A DNA stretch of 64,000 nucleotides from NCBI RefSeq assembly GCF_009914755.1, contig NC_060939.1; one strand, 5' to 3'. The notes under the pieces were generated by a model that searched no databases, was not told where the DNA came from, and was given only the letters and a program-made list of their open reading frames with translations. Position 1 is the first letter of the stretch; the number at the start of each line of letters is the position of its first letter. Shown one piece after another: positions 61,530 to 64,000 of the stretch. Both the position numbers and the translations under genes were made by a program. This DNA is from the human T2T-CHM13v2.0 reference genome, Homo sapiens.

Positions 61530-61850
61530 TTGAGGAAAAAATTTATATATATGTGGAAAAGCCTAAAGGATTTTACAATGACCACCTATATATCCACTAC
61601 CTACACTCTACAATTAGCACTTTGTTCTATTTATCACATACCTATCATTCGCCATCAATCCATTTCATATTTTTAATGCATTTCCCAGTAAGTTGCAGAC
61701 ATTACTCTTTATTTAGACTGTGTCATGCATGTTATTAACTAGAGTTAAGTATTTATATCTTCAAAAAAAAATTACACACAGCAAAATGAATAAACCACAA
61801 CTGAACTATTAAATAAATTTTGACAAACAGATTACTGTCATCCTGGAAAT
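61530..61850 (-). mobile_element. L1MD-like 3' fragment nested in L1ME
   Basis: 'tttatcacata...tttttaatgcatttcccagtaagttgcagacat...attaactagagtt'. Confidence 0.55.
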
Positions 61851-62559
61851 TCCTCCACTTTTATTCTTGAAGGATATTATTGCTGGGTACAGAATTCTAG
61901 GATGGCATTTTCATTTAGCACTATAAAAATTTGATTTCATTGACTACTGTCTTCAATATTTCCATTCTAATTGTTGCTTCTTTGAAAGTAGCCTGTTTTT
62001 AACCCACTTTGTTTTCAATTTTTTTTTTCCTTTTTCTTTTGTTTCCAGCAGTTTTACCATCATGTGCCTGAATATCTACTTTTATTTTGTTTGGGGTTCA
62101 TAAGACTTCTTGAATCTATACTTTGGTGTGTTTTGTTAATTTTGGGAGGCTCTTAGCTACTATGCTTTTAAACATTGCATCTTCCCCATTCTCCCTCTAG
62201 TCTTTCTGACACTCTAATTACATGTATTTTTGAGCTTCTCACTATTTCCATGCCTCTTAATTCTTTTATGTGTATTTTCTATCTTTGTTTCTCTTCATGT
62301 TTCATTCTGAATATTTTCTTCTGACCTCTTTTCCAGTTCACTGAATTGCTCTCTGGCTATATCTACAAGATATTGGAAAGACCTTAACCCCTTTTCTCAA
62401 ACACAACTCAAACACAACTCACAACTAACATCTGCCAATGTGACCAAAAGGACTGGTAATATGACCCTCAACCTGGGCTTAAATCTATCATTATAAGTAC
62501 TTCAGGATTCCTAGATCACGCTTATTCCCTAAAACCCAATCACCAAATCCATGGTCAGT

Positions 62560-62748
62560 GAGGCAACTTTCTCATGAACACATCTAATGTATTTTTATTT
62601 ACTTTTCTATCTGTCTCACTCCATAGAATACAAGCTCCATGAAAGCAATATTTTTTAACTGTTCAGTTCACTATTGTACACCCAATGTCTAAACAGTGCC
62701 ATGCATATAAGAATAAGCAGTCAATAAATGTGTTCTGAATGAATAAAT
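62560..62748 (+). mobile_element. L2 3' end
   Basis: 'tagaatacaagctccatga...gttcactattgtacaccca...tcaataaatgtgttctgaatgaataaat'. Confidence 0.8.
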
Positions 62749-63549
62749 CGTATGAGGATTATCTTTTATTACAAATCACCAAACTGGAACTTTATGAAAA
62801 CAGCAATCAGAAATTTTATTTCTTAAAACAACAACAACAGCAACAGTAAAAAGCTGAATTGGTTAGCATAACAACTAGGTAAATATAAAAGCTAAAAAAG
62901 ACAGTCAATTGGAGTTTGGAAGCATTGATTGTTACTTTTATTATTATCCTCTCCCAAACTGATAAGTCTTACATAGATTTAGGCTTCAAAAACACTCTTG
63001 CATTGCCCAGTTTGATTCCCAACACAAATGATATCATCACGGTATGGCGTTGCTACTACCAAAGTCCATTTACTCGAGACAGAAATGAGTCAAGTAGTCC
63101 TTTAAATGTGGGTGAAACTGATCCTTGATTTATTAATCTGCTCCAGTGACCATTTATAGCAACAGTGACCCAGCAGTACCTACAGCCCAGCACCCATTCA
63201 AGCCCCAAGTTGTCTCATTTAGTTTTACAGCATTAGGTTTTAGACTGGTAAATACCTTGCTCCATCTTGACAAATCACTTTTCTGCTCCTTAGCCTAAGG
63301 GCAAAGGTGGGGAGAGACAGGGTAGGAAAGTTGTGCTGAACCAAATGTTGGCAAATAAAAGTCATCATTTATCTTCTTACTTTCTTTGTCCTATTTGTAA
63401 GGAAATATTTTGTAGGTTGTATAGAGGCAGTGGCAGCATACCTCCATGGATGGGATCCTTGAGTTTATACACGTTGCTATGAGTGATGACAGCAAATTCC
63501 CATGCACAACATACTCAAGAGGCCTACCATCCCAACACTTTTAGTCATC

Positions 63550-63550
<1 letters not shown>

Positions 63551-63582
<32 letters not shown>
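63551..63582 (+). repeat. (TG)16 microsatellite
   Basis: Perfect dinucleotide run. Confidence 0.98.
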
Positions 63583-63586
<4 letters not shown>

Positions 63587-64000
63587 CATATAAAATTTTC
63601 TGAAGGGGTCTTTTTATAGACTTAACTATAGGATCAACTAGATTTCAATCCCCCATTGTGAGTAATGTTTTCACCTGAGTTCAATGGAAAGTTTTAAAGG
63701 GCCCTATTGTCTCTTTCTACCAAGACTAGTGAAATGTTGAAGAATAACATTTAAGTGTTTATTTAGCACTGAAACTCACTATACTGCTCTCTCTTAATTT
63801 TCTTAATCAGATATTTAAAAAAATTAAAAATACATGCTCATTGTTAAGAAGCCACAGATTACAGATATATAAAGAATTAAGCTTCTCTGTTTACTCCCTT
63901 CCTGCTCCCTTCCCCAAAGAATCCAATATGATCAGTCTGGTGATTATATGCCATCTCTTACTATCCTCATTCATACATAAATAAACATATAAGCTCCCGG

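Overview
This is simian primate genomic DNA, most likely human or another hominoid: it carries AluJ/S/Y, L1PA3-5, L1PA13, THE1 and Hsmar1. It is AT-rich and mostly interspersed repeat, i.e. intronic or intergenic. I can support no intact protein-coding gene, RNA gene or CRISPR array, and nearly all long ORFs in the track come from L1, Alu, LTR or Hsmar1. Main structures: (1) 9.9-16 kb, an old L1ME-like element holding a twin-primed L1MA, which in turn holds an AluS and a near-full-length Hsmar1 mariner transposon; (2) 31.7-39.9 kb, an L1PA13 with both ends and a TSD, whose middle was replaced by a three-piece rearranged young L1 without a TSD; (3) 42.5-62.4 kb, a 20 kb minus-strand L1 nest containing an internally deleted, TSD-less L1PA4. 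The most distinctive signals are small DNA-repair scars: perfect fold-back templated insertions at 45030-45090 and 52120-52149, and an L1 piece at 30993-31358 that looks copied in inverted orientation from its neighbour. There is also weak evidence for decayed minus-strand exons in the unique islands. I found no convincing new biological system. Subfamily names come from my recollection of consensus diagnostics, not from a search, and the boundaries of old elements are approximate.
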